A stretch of 64,000 nucleotides of DNA, taken from positions 28,272,001 to 28,336,000 of the forward strand of contig NC_079165.1 of the NCBI RefSeq assembly GCF_947568905.1, in the 5' to 3' direction. Under the pieces are notes generated by a model that was not told the DNA's origin, made no database searches, and saw nothing but the letters and a program-made list of their open reading frames with translations. The position numbers and the translations under genes were made by a program. This DNA comes from Ostrea edulis. Its lineage: Eukaryota. This document shows positions 12,329 to 23,747 of this stretch, one piece after another. Position 1 is the first letter of the stretch. Each line of letters starts with the position of its first letter.

Positions 12329-15300
12329 ATGGCAGAGTTCGAAGAACCTAAAAAGTGTGCAGATTGGACAAGAGAAGAGGAAGAAGTATTAATTAGGGAG
12401 GTTTGGAAGCGGAAAGAAATACTTTTTGGCAAAATGAAAGGGGATGGGACGGTAAAAATCGGAGAAGTTCGTAACAGGGGGCGGAGAGAGGTGGCTGATG
12501 TTTTAAATGCGTAAGAAAAATAGAATATAGATCTATATATATGTATTTCACGGGAAGCAATTAGAACCTATATAGTTCTATATTTCAATTTGTATATAAA
12601 CTACAAGAGTTGTTGTCCGTTTATTTTTGTATTTTCTGTAGACAATAGATAGGCATAAATCCAATGAGAAACCTGTTATCATGGCTCTGCAAATTATCCT
12701 ATCTAATTGAAATTAATCGTTGTAGGATAGGAAAATTATATTGATGGAAGAAATAGACGTCTGAAAATGTAGGTCTTCGCACGAGTTTATTTTCAACAGA
12801 ATCGAAAAGCTCGGTCTTGAAAGCATCATTTTGTATCACAGGCCCCTGTCAGGGGGGAAGGGGTGTTAAATGAAAGAACATTTAGGCCTATAGCACACAG
12901 GTTTTTGGTTGTTTTTTTTCTTACTGTGAGATTTATTGTACAATTCCAGACGAACAAGCCTAAAGTTTGTCACATTTTTACACACTCGCAAACACAAAAG
13001 CAGACAATCTAACCCCGACTAGATCTACCAAATGAAAGGGGAATTGCACTTTTTTAAAAATATATATATATATATATATATATTTACAGTATTAGGCCTA
13101 GAGGATAAAGTAAACCTTTTTATGGAAAACGTACGTTTAAATAAATTTCAGTGAAATCTTTTATTGCATTTTTACAAATCAGTAAAAGAAAATGTAATAT
13201 CATAAAATGCAGGATTGTTTATAGGCCTAGTTTCTTTACATAATTTCAAAATAAGTTAGTCGGTAAGTGAGAAAGTTTCCCAGTTTACTTTCGGAAGGTC
13301 GGTGGTCTCTTCCCAGGTACATTGTATCTGGGTTCTCTCTTCCACCAATAAAAACTGGGCGCCACCAGATAAATGAAAAATTGTTGAGTGTGGCGGAAAA
13401 CATCAATCAATCAAAATAAGTTTATCTGTAGGCGTATTGATGATAATCACTCATCTAATTTTATGCGAAAAATTGAAATTTTGCGGCTTAAATTTGGTTA
13501 AAAAAATTGTAGTATTTTGAGGTTAGAAATTTTGCCTTGATGATTTCATATATTATTCTCAATGATCAATGTATCACAACTTGCTTAACATCATAAGAAA
13601 GAAAAATTGAACAATTTTGCATAATTAAGTGAAAAAAATATGGAAATCAGACTGCTATCAATTGACCTCACAATAAGTGTTTATAAAAGTGGATTTCCCA
13701 ATGATATGTATTGTGAAAAACTGAAGTGATGACTCACTTATGGCCACATACATACTGTATATACATGTATCTCTCTTTCTGTGTTTGCAGCAGATCCAGT
13801 TTACGAAAGAGGGAAGCACAGGACGCAGAAGAGAAGCATTACAACATAAAACAGCAAAGTGAGATATTACTTGTATCTTACAAGATATCCATTTGGCAAT
13901 ATGATATATATAAACTATCATTTACATGTTCTAAGGGCGGATCTAGAAATTTTCAATTTTTAAACATCAGAAGATTTGATTTAATATGCAAATGAGATAC
14001 ACACTCACATTCGCTATTGTGTTCGTACAATGTATGTATAACACATTAAAATTAATAATTTACATTTGAAAGGAGAAGAAAAGTTGAACCAGATTAAAAA
14101 ACCAAAAACTGATGGTGGACGTCGCTCAGTGATGTCGGCTTCGAAAGAGACACTCCTCGACAACATGGAGGGGAGACCCCGGATGGAGGGGATTGCCTGT
14201 GGAATCAACACAGAGGGTAAGATAAATAAGAAAACAATAAAGACATTTTAAAAATAACATGTTAAAGGGACATATTAGCTCTGAAAGTGATGACAATCAT
14301 TTTTTCTCAAAATCTTTAAATGGCATATGAATATATATATACATGTATCAATGACTAATAAAAGCATTTATTTTGTGCAAAACAAGAGAAAGGTAATAAA
14401 ACTGCGTTAGATAATCGCTTTTAGTGTAAAGTTATATAAAGGGAAGAATTTATTGTCTTGCAAGACAATGAATATTTAATCATTCGTGTGCCTGTTTCAA
14501 GGTTAAAAAGTATTTGGAATATAAAAATACTGGTGTTATTACTGAAATATGTAATATAGAGCAATTTTCATTGAATTCAATTTTTGTTAACAAAATTACA
14601 GATAATACACCTTTTAAGAATCTATTAAATTGCATTTTATTGTTTTGGTTTACATCATCCACACATTTATAAAATATTACAATTCAGATCAACCATGTAC
14701 GTCATCTGCACGTGCAGCGCAAGAGGACACAAATACACGTGAGTAACAAAAATCAGATAATACAAATTATAATGTCAAACAAAATGTTTCCGTTAGGTTA
14801 CATAACACTAACCAATTTGTCATATATCAATATTCAGCCTCATCGATGAACAACGAAAGCGACAATGAACAACCTACTGGTAGGATTTTATGTCTCTATA
14901 TTATTCAATTTATTTATTGACATCACCATGTTGGCATACAGTCAAAATAACAAAACAATGACATAAAACAAAAAGAAAAGAAGAGAAAAAAAATTATGAC
15001 ACAATGACTATAGCATATATAAGACATATTCATACGGTTCTTTAATGTCCATGAATTTGTTTTCTCTGCATAAACCATCAATCTAAATAGTTACACAAAC
15101 GTTTTGTATTATAATCACATGGGTTAACAATTTCTTTAATGGGATCAGTACCACAGTATAATTTATCACTAAAAATATAATATTGAAATCGAAGTTTGTC
15201 ATACACAGGACAGTAAAGTACAAAATTATTATTATGGCGCGCGCGCATGTATGATCTAAAATGTTGTTAAATGCTTGTGAACATGTATTCCAATTGGGAA

Positions 15301-15597
15301 AAAAATAATAATGCAAATATATTCTTTTAACTTGGTGTCTTGAATTTTATAGTTGGCGCTTCACACAATGGGCACCAGTTGGCAGAACTGAAGCAAACAA
15401 ATCTAAGTTGCCATAAACAGCACCTCCGCTTGGAAATTGAGAAACTGCAATATGAAAGAGAGCTTTGTAAGATGAAGCAAGATATTTTATTATTAAAACA
15501 TAAAATATTGGAGTGCAAGATCCGAGCTAAGAATCCTAGGTTTGTGAAGACACAAGAGGGGCTTCGGGTTCCAACTGAAATACTCCCAGAAGTTTAA
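12329..15597 (+). CDS. Myb/SANT-like DNA-binding protein with C-terminal coiled coil (Harbinger ORF2 / MSANTD-NAIF1 type), 6 exons, 243 aa
   Basis: Exons are 12329-12510, 13791-13858, 14073-14216, 14688-14738, 14838-14879 and 15353-15597. All junctions are GT-AG and phase-compatible (732 nt). Motifs include WTREEEEVLI..V...KEILFG, KPKTDGG, EGI..GINT and a coiled coil (LEIEKLQYERELCKMKQDILLLKHKILE). Confidence 0.8.
13288..13412 (+). mobile_element. 3' part of a Deu/Nin-domain-like SINE in intron 1 of the Myb-like gene
   Basis: GGTCGGTGGTCTCTTCCCAGGTAC...TTCCACCAATAAAAACTGG.CGCCAC...AAAAATTGTTGAGTGTGGCG is followed by an (ATCA)n tail. The family is recognised from memory. Confidence 0.6.
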
Positions 15598-15619
15598 AAC
15601 ACAATGCCTTAAGGACACC

Positions 15620-15686
15620 AGTCTGGTCCCGGCCCCGTCACTCATAGATCATTCGTTATGTACTATAACGGGACGGGGACCAGACT
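15620..15686. repeat. 67-bp hairpin mini-element
   Basis: AGTCTGGTCCC (15620-15630) and GGGACCAGACT (15676-15686) form a perfect inverted pair, extendable to about 19 bp with 2 mismatches. Confidence 0.7.
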
Positions 15687-16485
15687 ATAAGGCCATGCAC
15701 GGCGTTTAGACTCAATACGGTACTAGTAATATACTTGTATAATTTATTTTATCGTGACATTTCACATATAATTCACTTGAGTTTTAATTCGTTTCTACAA
15801 AAAATAGGAAATATCGCGTATGTCCTTACATGTAATGTCCTTGAGGTCTCTGTACACTATAATACTGAAAAAGTACCAACCGCTTTGCAGTTAGAGTGAC
15901 ACGTCTTTGACATGACTGATAAATAATGTTCTAAATGTTATTGGACAAGGAAAATATTCTTTATTTGTACATATGTAAGCAAGTCCAATCGCTATCAACA
16001 ATGTTTCATTGTCTGCCAAGATTTGCTTGTTGGAAAATTGAGGTGTTCTTTGAAATTGAAGCTAATAAACCCTTTTATGTGATAAATACAGTAATGTATA
16101 TTATACTCGGAACATATGTATGTAGATATCAATTTACCATACAATCACGTGACATATTTAACATGAAAGAATATTAAAAATCATAGTCCACTGTATAATC
16201 TGTGTGTTTGTATTATGTCATAAGATTTCGGGGGGGGGGGGGGGGGGGGGGGGGGGCATTCGTGCTATATTTGAACTAATGATGAATATGTCCGATTTCT
16301 CAATTTCAATGTGTAAAATAACGCATGGAGCTATATTATTGTACCACATTGTATTTGTTACTAAGAAAATTCTTCAAATGTTGATATAAGTTATGTGACA
16401 ATTCCTTGTTGATAAAGGTGTTACTTACTCGTTAGCTGCAGAACTCTAGCTCTCGAAAAAATATTGGGACAGATCAGAGAGCTAC

Positions 16486-16846
16486 CAGGGGCGAATCCAG
16501 GAATTGCGATTAGGGAGGGTGCAACTTTTTGAGGCAGAGGGTCTGGGTGCCCCCAGGGGGCGAAACCCCCGGATTTCACAGATTTTATAGGGCTAGAAAT
16601 ACGTCTCCTATGCAGTCATTTTTACTATATTTTCTGTCATTTTTGATAAGATGAAATTAATTTTGGAAAAAATGTAAGTTCTCCCAATAAAAGTAATTCA
16701 ATAGATAAAAAGATTTTGTCATTTTTTTCTCCGAGAGTGGACAAAATTATTGCTTCTTCTATCATTTACATTTTTCTAAACAAGAAACCACGATTTACCT
16801 TAAATTTGAAAAATTTTGGGCGGCGTCCCCCTTAAATCCGCCACTG
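16486..16846. mobile_element. MITE of the same family as 937-1310, opposite orientation
   Basis: The termini CAGGGGCGAATCCAG and TAAATCCGCCACTG are flanked by GCTAC at 16481-16485 and 16847-16851. Confidence 0.85.
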
Positions 16847-18332
16847 GCTACAGATCCACCCCTTATGAATTGACTGGTTACCTAACACGGAGCAGGCTAC
16901 GTCAGCATATGAAATCATTTGATGCTGTGAGTTTTCGGGTTGCATGGGGCTTTAATGAATATTTGAAGGTATGTTTGGACACATTTAAGTTCTTTAGGAA
17001 AATATGTTGAGAATTTTTTATATTAAATTTATGAGACGACGATGCAAGAATGCAACGACATAAAACCTCAACCGTGCGCATTTTTTTTTCTGCGTCGTAA
17101 ATCGAAGGTTTTTATAAGGGGTGTATATATGTAGTTCTCTGATATGTCCTAATATTTTTCAGAGAGTTACAGTTCTGCAACTACTTGTACTCGTTTGAAT
17201 TTTCCTTGTATTGACTTTCCGTGTAATTGATTACGTCAAAGTCAGGTGATTCACCACCATGATAAGGCCTAGTGAATATAATATGAAGGAATTTTTAATA
17301 CCCCCACCCCTCCCTATTTAAAGTTTATGGTTGAAGTGTTTATCAACACTTGCATGATATTGGCACTAACAGAAAGGAAAATACAAGAAATTCTTCTGAA
17401 TCTTTCCATCACTTTATATGCTACATTTCCAACAGGAAAAATGATGACACGGCGAAAAACATCAATGAAGTCACAGTCCGTGTTTCCGTCACAGCCCGTG
17501 TTTCCTTCTCGGTTGAGAAAAAATATAATAGTACAAACATGAGTTTAGAATTCTTGTCTGAGGATTGTTTTATGATCATAAGGCCAGAGATCAATGTTTG
17601 CTCTTCTCTTAATTTTCTATTCTTTACAGGATTTATGAGTTTGGTATTTTCACTTGTTCATCATCCTCCGAATCTTCTTTGCCAACACCTCTCATCTAGG
17701 AACCTACTCCGCTCAATTGTTTTGCCAAATTAAATACATAGCATGCACGTCGTTTGCGTTGAAAATAGATTAAATGCCTGACAAAAATAAAATGTTTTAA
17801 AAATATTATCATATATATGTGATCTCAAATTACTTTCATTAAACCGCAGAAAGGTCATATCTATATAGCCCAAAATATTGATATATATGCAGATATGAAT
17901 TTTAGAAGAAAAAAAGTACATTAACTAGATATCTGACTAGATGGGAAAAATTCCGCTATAAATGGATATCCACTTCCGCCTCATCGTAGAAACTGAAAGC
18001 AAACACAAGTCTTCAGAAGATTGTCAATGTAGGCTTTTATTTATCTCGCAGAGAAAAAGCGCAAAATCATGATTACACCAATTTGTGCATTAACTCTGAC
18101 TGTGCCAAATTTTAAATACGCTAAAATAAGTCCACATACAGTATATGATTTAATACAATATGATCTACATCACATGCATCTCCTATCTAAAGAGGACTTC
18201 CACATTAGCACGAATTATTCATATCATAATCAAAGTATTGAGAGTACTGATAGGTTGAAATACTATTAATATAAGCACTCTTTCAGAGTTTATTAAATTT
18301 CAATCATGTTCTTTAAATCAAAACAGTTCTTT

Positions 18333-21300
18333 TTAGTCTTGTACATCAAAACAGTAGACGTGTTTAGCTTTGTCGACCCGAAGACCGACCGTGGAATCGG
18401 CGAAAAAATGAATGCAGGGAAACAAAATGGCGATGAATTTCCCAGGAACTATGTCTTCCCACTTGAAGTATGGCGTTGGATCGTCGTTTGGGAGGTAGAA
18501 ACTGACGTAAATCTCTCGTCTCTCAGAATCCTGGGAAAAAAGTTTTGACATAGTCAAAAATAATCTTTAATTGCAGTTTTCTCGTAGACACCCAGTTGTT
18601 TAAGGTGTGTTGTTGATTGTAAATGTATTATATAATGAATGTCCTAGGTTTGTTGTTAATTGTAATTTTATTATAGAATGTAAATAACTTTTAAGGTATC
18701 CGAACCTCATTAGACCACGTGACTAAAAAGACGATGTCGGGACATATCGGTGTAAGTCGGAAGGCGTCGGAAATTAATAAAAGTATTTTAATAAATAAAT
18801 AAAAATGAAATAAATAACTATTTTTTTAAATTTCATTTTGTTCGTCAATCATTAAAAAATAAAATACGTTCAAGTTTGATGTTTCCGTAAAGTCTCGCAC
18901 ACACGAGATGGTGGGAAAATCTGTAATGGCTGCGCCCCTGAAAAAAGTCGTGCGGGACAAACGCGGTCGTTTTACGTCGGATATAGTCAAAAAAGGGGAG
19001 AAGGATGACAGCACAAAACGACAGAAGGGTATTAGAAACATCGTTGTCGAACATAATTACCCCATTGGACATTTTCACGACGATAACAACAGATGTGAAG
19101 AATGTTGTCCGGGAATATCACGGTTAGTGAATTCAAAAAAGATAGAAACGGAAGATTGGGGAAAGGGTAGGCGTGTTGTAGAATTGAGATGTTTGGTCGA
19201 TTCCTTAAGCCACTGTCTGTTCTGTAGGATGGGACCGTTATATCTTGCGCATGAAACTATCAAAGGTGAAATGAAGATGGGACTGGGGGGGGGGGGGTAT
19301 TTGTATATACAGTGTATTAACTGCGGGCAGCTGAATACCATCCCATATGGCAGTACATACTCCGAGCCATCGACAAGAGGACAGAGAATGTTTTCAGTGA
19401 ACACAAAGTTAGGTGCAGGTATGTACTGTGTGTTTATAATTGAGAAATTGTACAATGTTATTGTTTGCATATTCAATTATATGTCACACCCACAGAAGGT
19501 TTGAAATTTGCTGAATATGTTTTGTAGCAATGATTGACTCAATTGGAGGCCCACAACGAGTCAATAATTTCCTTACAACGCTTGATCTCCCATCAATATC
19601 AAACAAAAATCTCAAAGCCATGGAACGACGAGCTGGGCAAATAATTGAAGATTATGCAGAGAAAAGTATGGCCATTGCAACTAAAGTATCATTTGACACT
19701 GAAATGAGGTAAGTTTTTCAAAGTACACAAGGCTACAATAAAATATATGTGTGTTTCCTATTTTAATTCCCCCTAACTTAGGTAAGTAAAACATATGTTT
19801 TACGGCGTGACCGTGTTTGAGGGCGAAGCAAAAAAAAATTTGGCATTAGTATCTATATCCAGAACAGAACAAAAACAACCCGAAGTTAGCAGGATTTGAT
19901 CCGCCTATATATTGAACGCGGGAAATATAACGCAACTGATGTAAACAGTACATTGTGACGTCATATTCAGCGTCGTATTTTAGCAAATTTACAAACATAG
20001 CGTCTGAACCACAACAACAAACATGGCGTTAATGGTGGAGTGATTATATATGATTAAAAAAATAAGATTTACATGCTTTTAAGAAATTTTTGTAACATCT
20101 CAGAACGACGTGAACTAGGGTAGACGAGATTCAAAATGGAGAAATACATGTCCACGCGATAGTATTCGAATCGACGCCATTAGTACCAAAATTTTCAAGT
20201 TCCATAGGTATGGTTTAATTTTTCATTGTTTTCCTATATTTTCCTTTTAAACATGTATATACGTGTTACCTATAGGGAGAGCTCCGCTCTCACGGCCCTT
20301 CGGGCCGTGAGAGGGCTTCGCCCTCTATTATTTTATAAAAAGTTAAACATTTGATCAAAATCTTAGTTTTTGATATGCTGTAAATACAGACCTATCTACA
20401 TTAGAATACTTTTCAAACAATATGATTGATTGATTAGATATTGTTAACGTCCCTCTCGAGCATCCTTCAATCATATGGAGATGAAGGGCTGTAAAATTCA
20501 GGCCTATGTTTGGCGCTTACAGCCTTTGAGCAGGGATGGGTCTTTATCGTGCACAACAGCTGTGACACAGGACCTCGGTTTTTGCAGTCTCATCTGAAGG
20601 ACAGAGAAACTCGAATGCAAATGATATAAAACATTCCTGTATCATCAATAGAGTCTGCAGCAAAAATGTAGATGTAGGGTCGGGAAACCAAAAACACACA
20701 TATATTTTATTTAGGCCTAATATGTTTGAAAGATTGACATAATTGTTATTTGTAGTTTGTCAGAAATTTTTCAATTTAAAATACAGGGAATCATGTAGCC
20801 TTTGTAGGCACATACTGTGTGCGACTCGACACAAAACACTAGGTATTATGCTATTTGATACTTTCATTTTGTAATTTGATATGAGTGGATAGGTATTGAC
20901 TCATTAGAAGTGAGTGCCCTCCTATTTTATTCAGACTCTATCAATTGTGTGCTTCAGGAAAAATTATAAATGAATAAGTGAAACAATCAAAATATGCCAT
21001 GTACCTTCAGAAATTATCATTCATTGTAGTGACATTTCAACTATGGAAGAAAAAAATGTACCATTTGTCCATCATGCTACTTTTGATGAGGAGTTGGGTA
21101 CTGCAGCTATAGATGGTGAATTCCTAGGGTATGTAATATTAGAATGTTGAAACCTATGTTGGAAATGACAAAGTTGTTACACTTCATGTGCATATATAGA
21201 TAACATGTATACCTATGCGAGTATAAATATGATACAACTAAAATAATTTCAGTAATCCTGCATCACTTTTGAAATCTACAAGTGTGCTTCAAGACCAGGA

Positions 21301-23715
21301 GGAAAGTGGCGATTCTGGAAATGATGATGATGATGAGTAAGTGCAACAGTTCTAACATTTTCATTATATACTATAACACTAACAACAGCATATTTTTTTT
21401 AAATCTTGGGAGTGATCTGACTTGTATCAATGTACCAGTTAAACAGACACAGTGCTTGCACTTTTACAATTCATGCACCAGAGAAAAGCCTTGATTAATT
21501 GGAAATATACATTATCTTGTGTTATTTATTTCAGGAATTCTAACCCAGCGCAAGTTTGTCTGCCAGATCGAGATTCACAAAATGTTGACCATTCTCCTCA
21601 GACTCCAAAACTAGTTTGTCCATCACATGTAGATTTACAGGAAATGGACCTTGCTCTTCACACTCCACAAGGAATAGTCAAGTAATTCTCATATACTTTA
21701 ATGCTTTCATGTGATACATTTAATTTCGTTCATATATATTATCATATTGTGAACTTTAGTGCATTCTCATTCTATGTGGACATTATTTATAGTGAAACTG
21801 CACATATAGACAAAGTGTCAGGAAGGTCATTTGGAAAAGTCAAGATGAAAAGACAGGGAGTGGCTGTTTCAAAGAAGCTGAAATTTAACCCATGAACAAG
21901 AACAGGAATGACAGTTTGTGCTGACCATGGCTGGCAAAAAAGGGGATTTGATAGTCTAACAGGTAAGAGAATAAATTATAAAAGTGTAATGTGGAATTCT
22001 GCTGAAAACTGTATAAATTTTCATTTTACGCCATAAAACATTTAAACATTCAACAGGCCATACATTTTTGGTCAGCAAAAGTAAGTATGGCAATAAAGTT
22101 CTTAAAACTGTTATTAAACATCGAACTTGTTCGGTTTGCAAATGGTGGAAACGAAATAGACCTGGACAAAAGGTTCGCAATCACAAATGTGTCTGGAATC
22201 ACAAAGGTTCATCAAGACAGATGGAGGCTATGGCTGGGATTCAGGCGATAAAGGAGATGATGTCACAAAAGACACCAGTTGAAGTTATTGAGGGTGATGG
22301 AGACAATACTGTGATATCAAGGATTGAGAATGAACTGGGTGTAAGAATAAAGAAAAAACTTGACCGTAACCATTGTGTTAAAAATGTCACTAAACATTTA
22401 TATGACTTGAAGAATAGTAAAGCCGCAAAGATAAGCAATCAGGTGATTCAGCACTTCACAAAATGTATCAAGTACATCTTCGCTAAAAATCAAGGTGATC
22501 CAGATGGCATGCGGGAAAACTTGGAAGCATTAGTGCCTCACCAGTTCGGAGACCATACCAAGTGTGTTCCAAGGTTTTGTGGATACAAGAGAAGACCAGC
22601 TGAGACATACTTGCATCGAAGTTTACCGTACAAGACATCACTGAGTGACCCAGTTTTGAAAGAAAAACTTGATAAAATCTTTGAACCTGTGATTGCCAAA
22701 GCTACCTTGTATAGTGATTTAGGGTCCAGCCAAGCTTGCGAACATGCTAATCGAGCAGTCAGTTTACGAGCACCAAAACACTTGCATTATGGGGAAAGTC
22801 AAAGCCTTGACTTCCGTGTAAAAGCTACTGCAGCATGTATGAATGAAGGTCGCAAATACTTACCGGAGGTAGACAAGTTTGATGTTATATTGAGGTGTTT
22901 GTTGAGTTTTGTTCAATTTCCTGTTGTCAGTTTTGACCATTTTTTGCAGCTTATTTTTGAAAATTAATATATATTACTAACAAAAACTCTTCGATGAATG
23001 TGTATATTTTCAAAGTAAGAAAACCTTATTTACATTAACTTTAGGCTAATATTTATTGTTATAAATGAAAGGTGAAGATAACGAACAGTGATGAATCTCA
23101 TAATTCATAATTTTTGAATTACTCGAAAAGAATGATGAATTCTTTCTTGCTCATTCTTATTCTGACAGTGTATATACTATTACTTTTAGGTATTTAAAAA
23201 ATTGATGAAATCTTTCTTGCTCGTTCTTATTCAGTGTATTTACTATTACTTTCAGGTATTTAAAGAACACGGATTATCCCCTGGTCATCATACACTGAAA
23301 TATTCGGAGAAGATGGACATGGAAAGACAGAAGAGACAGGAAAGATCAAAGTTGCCTGGAAAGAAGCGCCGTCGATTGGAATTGAAGCAGGAGAGAATTA
23401 CCCAAAAAGGAGCCAATGAAGCAGCTGAAGGAGATACATATCAATCAGGTAAACAATAACTTACAAAGTGTTAGTTTATGAATAAATCTTGAAATTGATT
23501 GTTTGTATATTAGAGATACATGTATATTCATATTTCATCAGAAGTTGGACTTTCTGACCAAGTCGACATCCAGACTATTCCTGATGCAGTTCCCAAACCA
23601 GGATTCACCAAAGTCGACCACCTGAACGAAGTTCAAGAGAATAGGGTCATTATCGACCTAGAAACTACAGGATTGAGTAAGAAATATTATTGACTTCCAC
23701 ATTTTAGCTGACCTT

Positions 23716-23747
<32 letters not shown>

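Noticed and set aside
3494-19963. TGACGTCA (CRE) palindromes at 3494, 5119 and 19956
   Set aside because: Two fall inside probable repeat sequence, and an 8-mer alone is insufficient evidence.
20788-20843. Possible extra transposase exon combined with an alternative acceptor at 21010
   Set aside because: It is phase-compatible, but the simpler 19708-to-21030 join gives a more natural sequence. RNA data are needed.
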